Assembly: GCA_026770705.1 (NCBI GenBank)
Contig: JANJGN010000026.1
Span: forward strand, 27,280,001-27,344,000
Direction: 5' to 3'
DNA length: 64,000 bases
Source of the DNA: Isurus oxyrinchus
Taxonomy: Eukaryota
Shown: positions 44,383 to 56,699 of the stretch, one piece after another
How positions within the stretch are numbered: position 1 is the first letter of the stretch
Layout of the letters: every line of letters starts with the position of its first letter
The notes under the pieces: generated by a model
Seen by the model: the letters and a program-made list of their open reading frames with translations, nothing else
Told to the model about the DNA's origin: nothing
Databases searched by the model: none
Position numbers and translations under genes: made by a program

Positions 44383-47300
44383 TAGAGGAGTCGGGAGTTG
44401 AAAAAGAGTGCGAGAGGAGCCGGGAGTTGAAGAGAAGTGCGAGAGGAGTCGGGAGTTGAAGAGAAGCACGAGAGGAGACGGGAGTTGAAGAGGAGTGCAA
44501 GAGGAGTCGATAGTTGAAGGGAAGTGCGAGAGGAGCTGGGAGTTGAAGAGAAGCGCGAGATGAGCTGGGAGTTGAAGAGAAGTGCGAGAGGAGTCGGGAG
44601 TTGAAGAGAAGCGCGAGATGAGCCGGCAGTTGAAGAGAAGCGCGAGATGAGCCGGCAGTTGAAGAGAAGTGCGAGAAGAGTCGGGAGTTGAAGAGGGGCG
44701 CGAGAGAAGCTAGGAGTTGAAGAGAAGCTGGGACAGCAGGGGTAACTGAAGGAGTTCATTGAGGAGGGAACAAGGTGATCCTTTGAGTACCATGAGTACT
44801 GCAGGATAAGTATTCACTACTTTTATTGCTTATAGTTTTTAAGGTCTTATTTTCTGTTTCACCGTTTGTAGGGGCAATATTCGGTAACAACGAGGAGCAG
44901 GGAAGAAGGGCCCAAGAGTAATTGATATTAAGTATCTTCCAAAAGGCTTAATATAATTTAAAGGGGTAAGTCATGGCAAGAGAGCTCAAAGCCGTGATGT
45001 GCTCCTCCTGCTCTATGTGGGAAGCCAGGAACATTTCCAGTGTCCGGGGCAAGCATGTGCATGGGAAGTGTCTCCATCTGCATCTCCTGGAAGCCCAGAT
45101 TTTGGAGCTGGAGCAGCAGCTGGAGACAATGTAGAGCATCCACGAGGCAGAGAGTGTTGTGGACAGCATGTATAGAGAGGTGGTCACACCACAGGCTAAG
45201 AGTCCACAGGCAGGAAGGGAATGGGTGACCACCAGGCAAAGCAAGAGGACTAGGCAGGCAGTGCAGGAATCTCCTGTGGCTATTCCTCTGAAAACCAGAT
45301 ATACTGCTTTGGATACTGTTGAGGGGAATGGCCTCTCAGGAGAAAGCAGCAAGAGCCAAATTCGTTGCACCATGGTTGGCTTTGCTGCACTGGGAAGCAG
45401 TAAGAAGTGTGGAAATGCAATCGTTATGGGGGATTCAATTGTAAGGGGATTAGATAGGTGTTTCTGTGGTTGCAAACGAGTCTCGAGGATGATATGTTGC
45501 CTCCCTGGTGCTCCATTCAAGGATGTCTCAGAACGGCTAGAGGGCATTCTGAAGGGGGAGGATGAACAACCAGTGGTCGTGGTACACATTGGTACAAACG
45601 ACATAGGTAAAAAAGTGGATGAGGTCCTAAAAGCAGAATATAGGGAGTTAGGAACTAAGTTGAAAAATCGGACATCAAAAGTACTGATTTCAGGATCACT
45701 ACCAGTGCCACATGCCAGTCAGAGTAGAAATAGCAGGATATATGGGGTGAATACGTGGTTGAAGAGATGGATTGAAGGGGAGGGTTTCAGATTCCTGAGG
45801 CATTGGGACCGATTCTGGGGAAGGTAGGACCAGTACAAAGTGGATGGGTTACACCTGGGCAGGACCAAGACTGATGTCCTGGGGGGAACATTTGCTAGAG
45901 TGGTTGGGGAGTGTTTAAACTAAAATGGCAGGGGCATGGGAACTTAAGCAAGAAGTCAGAGGAAGGGGAATCAAAGACAAGAACAAAAGGCTGAAAGCGG
46001 GATAAGAAAAGTGATAGTCAGGGAAATCAAGGGCAAGAATCAAACAAGGCATCAGTGAAAAATAGTGGGAATGGGACAAGTAATGTTAAAAAGACAAGCC
46101 ATAAGGCTCTATGCTTTAAGGTAAGGAGCATTCGCAATAAAGTGGATGAATTAACCACGCAAATCGAGGTAAACAGGCATGATATAGTCGGGATTGCGGA
46201 GACATGGCTGCAGGGTGATCAGGGATGGGAACTGAACATCCAGGAGTATTCAGTATTTAGGAAAGACAGACAAAAAGGAAAAGGTGGTGGAGTTGCATTG
46301 CTGATTAAAGAGGAAATTAACGTAATAGTGAGGAAAGATATTAGCTCAGACGATGTGGAATCTGCATGGGTAGAGCTGAGAAAAACTAAGGGGCAAAAAA
46401 CATTAGTGGGGGTTGCATATAGACCCCATCTGTAGTGGTGATTTTGGGAATGGCATTAAACAGGAATATGAGACGCATGTAATAAAGGAACATCTATAAT
46501 TATGGGTGACTTTAACATGCATATAGATTGGGCGAATCAAATTAGCAACAATACCATAGAGGAGGAATTCCTGGAGTGTAGATGGGATGTTTTTCTGGAC
46601 CAATATGTTTTGGAACCAACGAGAGAACAGGCCATGCTCGACTGTGTATTGTGTAATGAGAAAGGAATAATTGGCAATCTGGTTGTGCGAGGCCCCTTGT
46701 GGATGAGTGACCATAATATGATGAAATTCTTCATGAAGATCGAGAGTGACATACTTGATTCTGAGACTTGAGTCCTGAATCTTAATAAAGGAAACTATGA
46801 TGGTATGAGGCACGAGTTGGCTATGATGGATTGGGAAACGTTACTTAAAGGGATGACAATGGATAGGCAATGGCAAACATTCAAAGAGCGCATGGGTGAA
46901 CTGCAACAATTTTTTATTCCTGTCTAGCGCAAAAGTAAAAGAGGAAAGGTGGCCAAACCAAGACTTACAAGGGTAATTAGTGATAGTATTAGATGCAAGG
47001 AAGAGGCATACAAATTGGCCAGAAAAAGCAACAGAACTGAGGATTGGGAGCAGTTTAGAATTCTGCAAATGAGGACCAAGGAATTAAGAAGGGGAAAGTA
47101 GAGTACGAGAGTAAGCTTGGAGGGAATATAAAAACGGACTGCAAAACTTACTATAGGTATGTGAAGAGAAAAAAGATTGGTGAAGACAAATGTAGGTCCC
47201 TTACAGTCAGAAACAGGGGCATTTATAATGAGGAACAGAGAAATGGCTGATAAACTAAATACATACTTTGGTTCTGTCTTCACAAAGGAGGATACAAATA

Positions 47301-48945
47301 ACATGCCAGAAATGTTGGGGAACACAGGGTTTAGTGAGAGGGAGGAACTGAAAGAAATCAGTATTAGTAGGGAAATGGTGTTGGGGAAATTGATGAGATT
47401 GAAGGCCGATAAATCCCCGGGGCCTGATAATCTACATCCCAGAGTACTTAACAACGTGACTTTAGGAATCGTGAATGCATTAGTGGTCATCTTCCAAGAT
47501 TCTGTAGACTGTTGAAAAGTTCCTACAGATTGGAGGGTAGCTAATGTAACCCCATTATTTAAAAGGGGAGGCAGAGAGAAAACGAAATTATAGACTAGTC
47601 AGCCTGATGTCGGTAGTGGGGGAAATCCTAAAGTCCATTGTAAAAGATTTAATAGCTGAGCACGTGGAAAACGGTAGGAGAATTGGACAGAGTCAGTATG
47701 GATTTATGAAAGGGAAATCATGCTTGACAGATCTACTGGAATTTTTCGAGGATATAAGAAGTAATGTTGATGAGGGACAGCCAATGGATGTGGTTTATTT
47801 GGACTTTCATAAGGCTTTCAATAAAGTCCCACATAAGAGATTGGCATGTAAAATTAAAGAGCATGGGCTTGGGGGTAGTGCATTGAGATGGATAGAAAAC
47901 TGGTTGGCAAGGAGAACAAAGAGTAGGAATGGCAGGCAGTGAGTAATGGAGTACTGCAGGTATTGGTGCTGGGACTCCAGTTATTCACAGTGTTTATTAA
48001 TGATTTAGATAAGGGAATTAAATGTAATATCTCTAAATTTGCAGATGACACAAAGCTGGGTGGGAGGGGGAGCTGTGAGGAGGATGCAGAGATGCTTCAG
48101 TGTGATTTGGACAAGCTGAGTGAGTGGGCAAATGCATGGCAGATACAGTAAAAAGTGGATAAATGTGAGGTGATCCACTTTGGTAGCAAAAACAGGAAGA
48201 CAGATTATTATCTGAATGGCTATAAATTGAGAGAGAGGAATGTGCAGCGAGAGCTGGGTATCCTTGTACGCCAGGTGCTGAAGGCAAGCATGCAGGTGCA
48301 GCAGGCAGTAAAGAAGGCAAATGGTATGTTGTCCCTCATAGCCAGAGGATTTGAGTACAGGAACAGGGATGTCTTGCTGCAATTGTACAGGGCCTTGGTG
48401 AGACCACACCTGGAATATTGTGTGCAGTTTTGGTCTCCTTCTCTGAGGAAGGAAGTACTTGCTATCGAGGGAGTGCAGCAAAGGTTTGCCCGACTGATTC
48501 CTGGGATGGCGGGACTGACATATGAGGAGAAATTGAGTCGGTTAGGATTATAGTCACTGGAGTTCAGAAGAATGAGGTGGGATCTCATAAAAACCTATAA
48601 AATTCTGACAGGCCTAGACAGGGTAGATGCAGTAAGAATGTTTCGGATGGTGGGGGAGTCCAGAACCAGGGGTCACAGTCTGAGGATATGGGGTAGACCA
48701 TTTAGGACTGAGATGAGGAAAAATTTCTTCACTCAGAGAATGGTGAGCCTGTGGAATTCGTTACCACAGAAAGTAGCTGAGACCAAATCATTGTATGTTT
48801 TCAAGAAGGAGTTAGATATGGTTTTTGGGGCGAAAGGGATCAAAGGGTACGGGGAGAATGCGGGAGCAGGCTTTTGAGTTGGATGATCGTGGGGCCGAAT
48901 GTCCTACTCCTGCTCCTATTTTCTATGTTCCTATGTTTCTATGAA
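44383..48945 (+). mobile_element. Full-length degenerate CR1 LINE: 5' tandem repeat, ORF1 (Zn-finger-like plus SGNH esterase, about 44973-45923), ORF2 (APE endonuclease plus RT, about 46055-48877), (TTCTATG)n-type tail
   Basis: ORF1 MARELKAVMCSSCSMWE...VMGDSIVRG..VVVHIGTNDIG..DGLHL. ORF2 SIRNK..GIAETWL..GGGVALL..MGDFN..KSPGPD..YLDFHKAF..FADDTK. Multiple stops and frameshifts. Confidence 0.95.
44385..44730 (+). repeat. About 29-bp tandem repeat in the CR1 5' UTR
   Basis: gggagttgaagagaagtgcgagaggagtc repeated about 12 times. Confidence 0.9.
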
Positions 48946-48959
48946 AGTAAATCAATGGA

Positions 48960-49950
48960 GCATAAACAGAGACCAGACCTGGTGTAACATAAGCAGAGGT
49001 TTGGGCGAGTGCAGCAACAACAAAGAGAAGATCTCATGTAATATAAAAGGAGACATTGGGTAGTGCAGTAATAACAGTGGCAGCGTCTGGTGTAATGGGG
49101 CAGTGCAGTAACAACAGAGTCTGGCTTGGTGTAATATAAATAGAAATATCGGCTAGTGCAGTAATAGCAGTAACAGGACCTGGTGTAATAGAAACAGAGA
49201 TGTGGAGTAGTTTAATAATTTGGAGAGACAGGTCACAGAGATATCAGCTGCCGCGGTAATAACAGATATAATACGTGGTCTAATGCGGACAGAGGCATGC
49301 GCTAGTGTAGTGATAACACGAACTGGCCCTGGGAGTCACATAAACAGAGAAATGGGCTAGTTCAGGAATAAGGGAGAGAGAGAGAGAGGACCTGTTATAA
49401 CATTCGAATGAAGCGGTATTTGTGTAATCATAATAACAAAAATCCTTAGTATGAAATAACAACTGAAAAAGGTCATAGTGGAAAACTAACAGAAGCAGGG
49501 TCAACGTTAACAATATCAGAAACAGGTTCCTATTGAAAACTGATAGGCACGAGGTTTTCAGAAATAATGAGAGAGGTTTGCATTAGAATTTAAATGACAG
49601 GTAAGTTCTTAGTGTAACCATTACAGAGACAGCGTTTTATACATTAGGATTAGACACAGGGAACAGATTATAAACAGGAAAGTTGTGTGCAACAAATACA
49701 ATGTTTGATGATAACAGAGGATAGCAGGTTGCAGTGCATCACTGAATACATCACTGGGTCCAGTGTGATAACGGCACAGTCAGCACCTGATCCACCCAAA
49801 TTGAAGTTGGGCCTGATATAATAGTGTGTGTGAGACAGCGCCAATTGATACAATCGCAAATGTTTTGCCTAATGCCTAATAACAGAGTCAAGCACCACTG
49901 AAATATGAATGCAATGGAGTTGGTGCAATAACACTGACACAGTCAAGTGC
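48960..49950. repeat. Diverged 27-bp minisatellite relic
   Basis: Recurring ctagtgcagtaataac and ggtgtaatataaa motifs. Confidence 0.55.
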
Positions 49951-51920
49951 ATTGCAAATAAAACATAACATTCTGGAATTACTCTGCAAGTCAGGCAGAA
50001 TCTGTGGCGATAAACAGAGTGAACGTTTCATGGCGATGACCCTTCAGCAGAACTGGGGTCATCGATTAGAAACTTTAACTCTGCCCCTCTCCACAGCCAC
50101 TGCACTCCCGTATGCTACAGTTGGCGGTCCTCCAGCTTTTCAGCTGTAAGATCTGTGTTCAAATTCCACTTCCGGCTCCGTTGACCACGGGAAGAGTGTT
50201 CGTGTGACAGACACCGGTTTTTAATTAGACTCCAAAATCCTCCCGCCTCTCCACACTTTCCCCAAGGCTGCAAATAATATGATGATCCGGAAAACAAATA
50301 GGCTCGACATCTGCTGTCTGACCTGTTGAGGATTTCCAGCATAATCGGTTTTGATTTTATTTTTCCAACATCTGTAATATGTTGCCTTTGTGCTGATATA
50401 ATGGGAACATTCCCTAATTAGGGTCATTCTCACTCCTGAGTCAAAAGGCTGTGGGTTTAAGCCTCAGTCCCGAGAGTTGACCACTTAATAACGGACAATG
50501 CTCACGACGCCAGTTTAAATGCAAGTCGTTCTATTTATTTTATTCATTGTTTTCTTGTACTCAGATGGAGTGAGAGGAATTAAAGACAGAGCAACTCTGG
50601 GAAGTTTATCCATCCAGCGAAGGACGGGTTCCTGGGACATTGTTGTAGCTTTGGCGTTCCCGCCCTCTCCAAAAATGCAAACAACCTCTCCCTCCTTGGA
50701 TTTGCGAAGGGCGATCTCACTGCCGGGCCCGGGCTGGACTGGGGCCTGGTCTAATAATAATCACTAAGGCCGGCTCCAGTGTATCAATAACAGAGACCTG
50801 CTGGTAATCTTACATAAAGGAAGGCAGGGGTGTCTAATAAACATCTCATTTTAACGGGAAATGAAAGTGTAACGAAGCAATGATGTTCAGGGCCTCAGCG
50901 CAGGCTTCTGTGTTATGGTAAGAGACACAGAGATTTGTGTGTTAAAAACGGACTGGAAACATCATGACAGAGGCCCGTGTGACTGACTCCACCTGATTAA
51001 GAGCTGTTCTACTCAAGGGGAGGACAATGATGGCGGACTCCAGAGATTTCTGATATCGGAGGGGTCAATGGTGCATCTCTCAGGGGAACAGAAAACAATC
51101 TGTTCCTTCTCATTCTTGCCGACAGTTCTCTATTTACATAGACACGCAAGGGTGGAACCCGGCAGCTTGTAGAAACCAATATTTAAATCTTCAGCGTGAG
51201 TCTGAAAATATTAAACACCGAAACCTCGCCAGAAGGAAAATCAGTGCCACAAATGTTAAAGATAATCGTGCTTTTCCTAAACAAGTCCTATCCAGTGTTT
51301 TTTTGTTCAAAGTAGTGGTTTGTAAAAAAAAACTAATGAACTTCTGAAGGCTTCCTGGTAATTGTCGACACACACGCACACTCAAGTACTGTCAAAAGAC
51401 AGGATTAGCACCAAGACGAAAGCTGTACAATTATTGCATTTTATTCGGACTCAATGAGGAACAGAGGAAGATACAGAAAAGGTGCTGGGGCAATGATATA
51501 GATGAATGACCCAGTTGGTCCCTTCTCTACATTCCTTCAAATTTGAACCTTTTCAAGCATTTATCTACTTCATTTTACAAAGTTACTATCAAATTAGATT
51601 CCATCATCGTGCATTCTAGTTCATAACAACTCGCCGTGTAAAAAAAAAAATTATCCTCCTGTCTTCCCCTTCAATAAAGTAAATCTGTCTCCTCTGGTTC
51701 CCGACTCGCCCGGCAGTAAAAATATTCTCTCTTTATTCACTCCATCAAAACCTTCATGATTTTGAACACTTTTATTTAATAGATTCACAGTGAGGTGGAG
51801 GGAGATACAAAGGGAGACAGAGAGATAAATCTGAGTGAAGGGGACTTAAAATAAAAAAGGGAGATAGAATGTTGCAGAGAAACAGAGGAAACAAGTTCCG
51901 ACAGAGAGAGTGTGTGCAGA

Positions 51921-51951
<31 letters not shown>

Positions 51952-52084
51952 ACGGGTGGGGGGGGGGGTGGGGTGGTGGAGGTGGAGGGTGGGGAGCCGT
52001 GGGGAGTGGTAAAGCTGGGGGTGGGGGTGGTGAAGAATGACAACGAAAAATGAAAGGTAGCAAGCTCTCATATCCCTGCTTTAG

Positions 52085-52382
52085 GGACCCGGGGGAGCTC
52101 GGTCATTGATCCACTGACCATCCAGTTCTGTCTTGCAAATGGAAGCTCTAAACAGATCACAACAGGCTCATTTATAAATGTCACCATAATGTGATCTGTA
52201 TGACCCTGTGGTCAGATATAGGCCGCCTTGACAGATGTTCTCACCAGATTGTGGCCCCTGGATTTATTTTCTGCTCAGAAGTGAGATGTGCGGTTTGGAA
52301 CCGGCAGCAGAGAAACAGGAAGTTGTATTACCTGAGAATGAAACAGCCGGCGTCAGTTTCATGTTATCACCGTGCACAGTCT
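52085..52382 (+). pseudogene. Possible very decayed V relic
   Basis: Acceptor ctttag|GTRGSSVI.. and end ...QQRNRKLYYLRMKQPASVSCYHRAQS (compare V7 QQSDKSYRLTI..YYCAQS). No RSS. Confidence 0.3.
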
Positions 52383-53114
52383 TCCTGCCTGTGAGGGTGA
52401 ACTCACTCTGACAGTATCAAGAACAACCACACAGATTGCTGCAGGTCTCAGCATTACATTCAGCTCCATTCCCAATCTAAAGAATTAAATAAATGAGGTT
52501 ATTTTGGTTATAACATATTAACTGAAGGGGAGATGGCCTGAAGGTATCACTGGGAAAGAAGAGGGGAAATAAAAACAATAATTTCCCCCACAAAGAGTTA
52601 TTCTAAAATAGAAAGCTTTAAGTGAGTTCGGTGGTGTCTGAAAGAAAGAGAGAAGAGAGGTTAAGTGAGTGAGCTGGTGTCGTTCTGGCACTGCATTTTC
52701 CTCTGATGAGGTTTTGGCGCTTAATCTTTCCAGTGATAATGTGCCTTAAGCAAAATATTTAAACGTTGACCCCTCGTAGCTGCCAGGTCCGGCCCTTGTG
52801 CATCTGTGTAAGTGAGTTAAGTGAAGTCTGAGAGAGAGAAGAGAGGTTAACTGATTTAGGTGTAGTCTGAGACAGAGGAAGAGAGGGAAGAAGTTCAGTG
52901 AGTCATTTTAAAGATGTATTTGCCTTGACAACGGAATGGCCAGCTTGACATTACTTTCCACAGCACGCAAGACAAAGCATTACTGATAAATATTAACGGT
53001 AGCATCGGATCTGTAAGTATATTCTTAAAGTATCATAACGTGCTGAAAAATAATTGTAATGTCTTTTGCAAGCAATGAAAAATGATGTATTCCAGACGTA
53101 CCCGCCTCCACAAC

Positions 53115-53379
53115 NNNNNNNNNNNNNNNNNNNNNNNNNNNNNNNNNNNNNNNNNNNNNNNNNNNNNNNNNNNNNNNNNNNNNNNNNNNNNNNNNNNNNN
53201 NNNNNNNNNNNNNNNNNNNNNNNNNNNNNNNNNNNNNNNNNNNNNNNNNNNNNNNNNNNNNNNNNNNNNNNNNNNNNNNNNNNNNNNNNNNNNNNNNNNN
53301 NNNNNNNNNNNNNNNNNNNNNNNNNNNNNNNNNNNNNNNNNNNNNNNNNNNNNNNNNNNNNNNNNNNNNNNNNNNNNNN
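53115..53379. other. Assembly gap (N run)
   Basis: Run of Ns. Confidence 1.
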
Positions 53380-53969
53380 ATGGGCCATTAGAACATTCGC
53401 CTGAGGATGCAATTTCAGACTCTTTTTCTCACAATCAGTGGCCACGTCAAAAGCAAACCAAAAGTCCGATTGGAAAAGTGGGAAAAAATTTTAAAATGAA
53501 AGAAAACTCTGAGCAATTCCCATAGATTAACTCAAGCATGAATTAGTCATCTCTGTGACTAAGTTGTGCAATGTGCAGTGCAACGTGGTTCACCTTTATT
53601 TCTATTCCTCAATCTCATTGATTAAGAGAATGTTCCAAGATTCACCCCAACCTTTCGACACAAACATTACACACATTATACGAGAACAATTAGAAATTGC
53701 ACCCAATGCTTAATATTTATTAACAAGAGTAAACGTATTGTTTCAACCCCTTATCACAAACAAGATATTAAAACATTCTTAAAATTAATACCCACCTATC
53801 GATCTGGCTCTCTATCTCTATCTCTAGTTAGCAGAGACCTTTTATAGTGCAGTAATAACTGAGGCTCGGTCTAGTGTATCATTAATGGGATAGGACTGCT
53901 AAAATATAAGGGGAGACATGGGGGAGTACGGTAATGAATGAAGCAGTCTAATGCAGTAATATCACAGAA

Positions 53970-55110
53970 TGACAGAATCTTAATAGCACAGGTGGAGGCC
54001 ATTCGGCCCATCATGCCTGCACCGGTTCTCCAAATAAGCATTATGACCTGGTCCTATTGTCCTGCCTTTTCCCCATAACCTTCCACATTGTTTGTATTCA
54101 AATAACATCTAATGCCCCCTTGAATGCCTCGATTAAACCTGCATCCACCACACTTGCAGGCTGTGCATTCCAGACCCGAACCACTCATTGTGTGAAAATG
54201 TTTTCTCTCACGTCATATTTGGTTCTTTAGTAAATCACTTTAAATCTGTGCTCTCTTGCTGTTGATCATTTTACGAGTAGGAACAGTTTCTCCCAACTAT
54301 TCTGTCCAGCCTCCTCATAATTTTGAAAACTTCATCAAGTGTCCTCGAAGCCTTCTCCTCTCCATGGAAAACCGTCCCAACCTCTTCAATCTATACTCAT
54401 AGCTGAAGTTCCTCATCCTTGGGAGCATTCGTGTAAACCTCTTCTGCACTCTCTCCAATGTGTTCACATCCTTCCTATAATATGATACCCAGGACGGTAC
54501 ACAATATTCCAGCTGAGGTCTAACGAGGGTCTTAAATAAATTCAGCATAACCTCCCTGCTCTTGTACTCTATGTCCCTATTAATAGAGCCCCCGATACTA
54601 TATGCTTTATTAACTGCCATCTCAATCTATCTTACCACCTTCAATAATCTATGCATATATACATCCAAGTCTTTCTGCTCCTGCACACCTTCAAAATTCC
54701 ATCCCTTATTTTATATTGCCTGTCCATGTTCTTCTTACCAAAATGCATCACCTCATACTTCTCCACATTGAGTTTCATCTGCCACCTATCTGCTCAATCC
54801 ACCAACTTGTCTGTGTCCTCCTGAAGTTCCACACCATCCTCCTCGCAGTTTGCAACACTCCCCAGCTTCGTAGCAATCGCAAACTTCTAAATTGTCCCCT
54901 GCACACCAAGATCTAGATCGTTAATATATATCAGGAAAAACAAGTGTCCCATTTTGGACCGCAGGGAAACTCCACTACAAACGTTACTCCAGCCCAAAAA
55001 GCATCCATTGACCATTACTCCCTGCTTCCTATTTTTCAACCAATTTTGTATCCATATTACTACTGTCCCTTTTATTTCATGAGCAATAACATTTCTCACA
55101 AGTAGGTTGT
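53970..55110 (-). mobile_element. CR1 LINE 3' fragment
   Basis: Minus ORFs YKSREVMLNLFKTLVRPQLEYCV..ERRRLRG and WIQNWLKNRKQGVMVNG..YINDLD. Confidence 0.9.
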
Positions 55111-55364
55111 GAGATGCATCCTAATATAATACAAATGAAGACTTTGTGCAATGCAACAGCAGCTCAGGAATTGTCACTTGCAGTATATATAGAGGCACGG
55201 CTATGTTTGTTAATAAATGAAGCATCATATAATTAACATAAATAGAGACATAGTCTAGTGCAGTAATAACTGAGAAAGGGTCAATTGTAATGTATGTTGA
55301 GGCATGGTCCAGTGCATTAATAAGTTAAACTGCAGATAGTGTTAAACAAAAACAAACACATAAT

Positions 55365-56690
55365 TACCTGGAAAAACTCAGCAGGTCTGGCAGCATTGGC
55401 GGAGAAGAAAAGAGTTGACGTTTCGAGTCCTCATGACCCTTTGACAGAACTTGAGTTCGAGTCCAAGAAAGAGTTGAAATATAAGCTGGTTTAAGGTGTG
55501 TGTGTGGGGGGCGGAGAAAGAGAGAGAGAGAGGTGGAGTGGGGGTGTGATTGTAGGGACAAACAAGCAGTGATAGAAGCAGATCATCAAAAGATGTCAAT
55601 CTCTCTTGTCTTCAAATTTCACCCCACCAGCGTCCACATTCAAATGAACATCCTCTGCCATTTCCTCTAAGTCCAGCATGATGCCACAACCAAACACATC
55701 TTGTCCTCACCACCCCACCCTCCTCCACCAATGTCAGAATTCCGTAGTGACCATTCCCTTCAGGACACCCTGGTCCACTCCTCCATCACCTCCAATCCCT
55801 CATCCCCTTCCCATGGCACCTTCCTATGCAATCACAGAAGATGCCACACCTGCCCCTTTACCTCCTCCCTCCTCACCATCCAAGGGCCCAAACACTCCTT
55901 TCAGCTGAAGCGCTGCTTCATTGCACCTCCTTAAATTTGTTCCACTGCATTCGTTGCTCCCAATGCCGTCTCCTCTAGCTTGGGGACACCAAACACAGAC
56001 TGGGTGAGCGCCTTGTGGAACATCTTCAATTTGTCCGCAACCATGATCAAGGCCTTCTTGTCACTAGCCATTTCAACACACCACCCTGCTCTCATGCCCA
56101 CATGTCCATCATTGGCCTGCTGCAATGTTCCACTGAAGCCCAACACAAACTGGAAGAACAGCACCTCATCTTCTGATGATGCACTTTAAAGCCTTATTCA
56201 TTTGAAGCCTTATTCATTTGTTAATTGTTTTAGCTCCCTTTTACCCTCTTTTCTTGTTCCTTTTCATACAGTTTTTCCCCAACCACCAACCACAGCCCCC
56301 AAAAGGGCCATCTGTTTATTGTTCCATGTTGTTCTTTCACAGTGTGTTGACTCTGGTTCTGCTATTAACACATTCTGCTTTCTTACGTTTATGCCACTAT
56401 CAGCACCTTCTTTAGCTTTACCATTACCATTAACACTCCCTTAGTCTATTTGCCCATGATGTGTTTGTCAGCATCACCTTACCCCCACCTATCGCCTGCC
56501 TTCTATCCAGCCTCAGCTGCTCCACCCCACTTAAACAGTATTAAGGTTGTCACATTTCCATTGTTCTTTGGCTCTGAGGAAGAGTCATAGGGACTCCCCA
56601 CAGGTGCTGTCAGACCTACTGAGGTTTGCCATCATTTTATGCTTTCCTTTCAGACTTCCAGCACCCAAAGTATTTTGCTTTTATCCCTTT
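55365..56690 (+). mobile_element. Penelope-like retroelement fragment with an inverted pseudo-LTR at its 5' side
   Basis: FRSDHSLQDTLVHSS..GTFLCNHRRCHTCPF..IQGPKHSFQ..GIY-YIG C-terminus. Segment 55365-55597 is a reverse-oriented tail copy. Confidence 0.8.
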
Positions 56691-56699
56691 TGATATAAA

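Noticed and set aside
50090-50700. Leader-like and V-start-like fragments (RIIILFAALG on minus; DGVRG on plus)
   Set aside because: No recognisable framework cysteines or RSS; unsupported.
52993-53525. ORFs spanning X residues
   Set aside because: Artefacts of the N gap.
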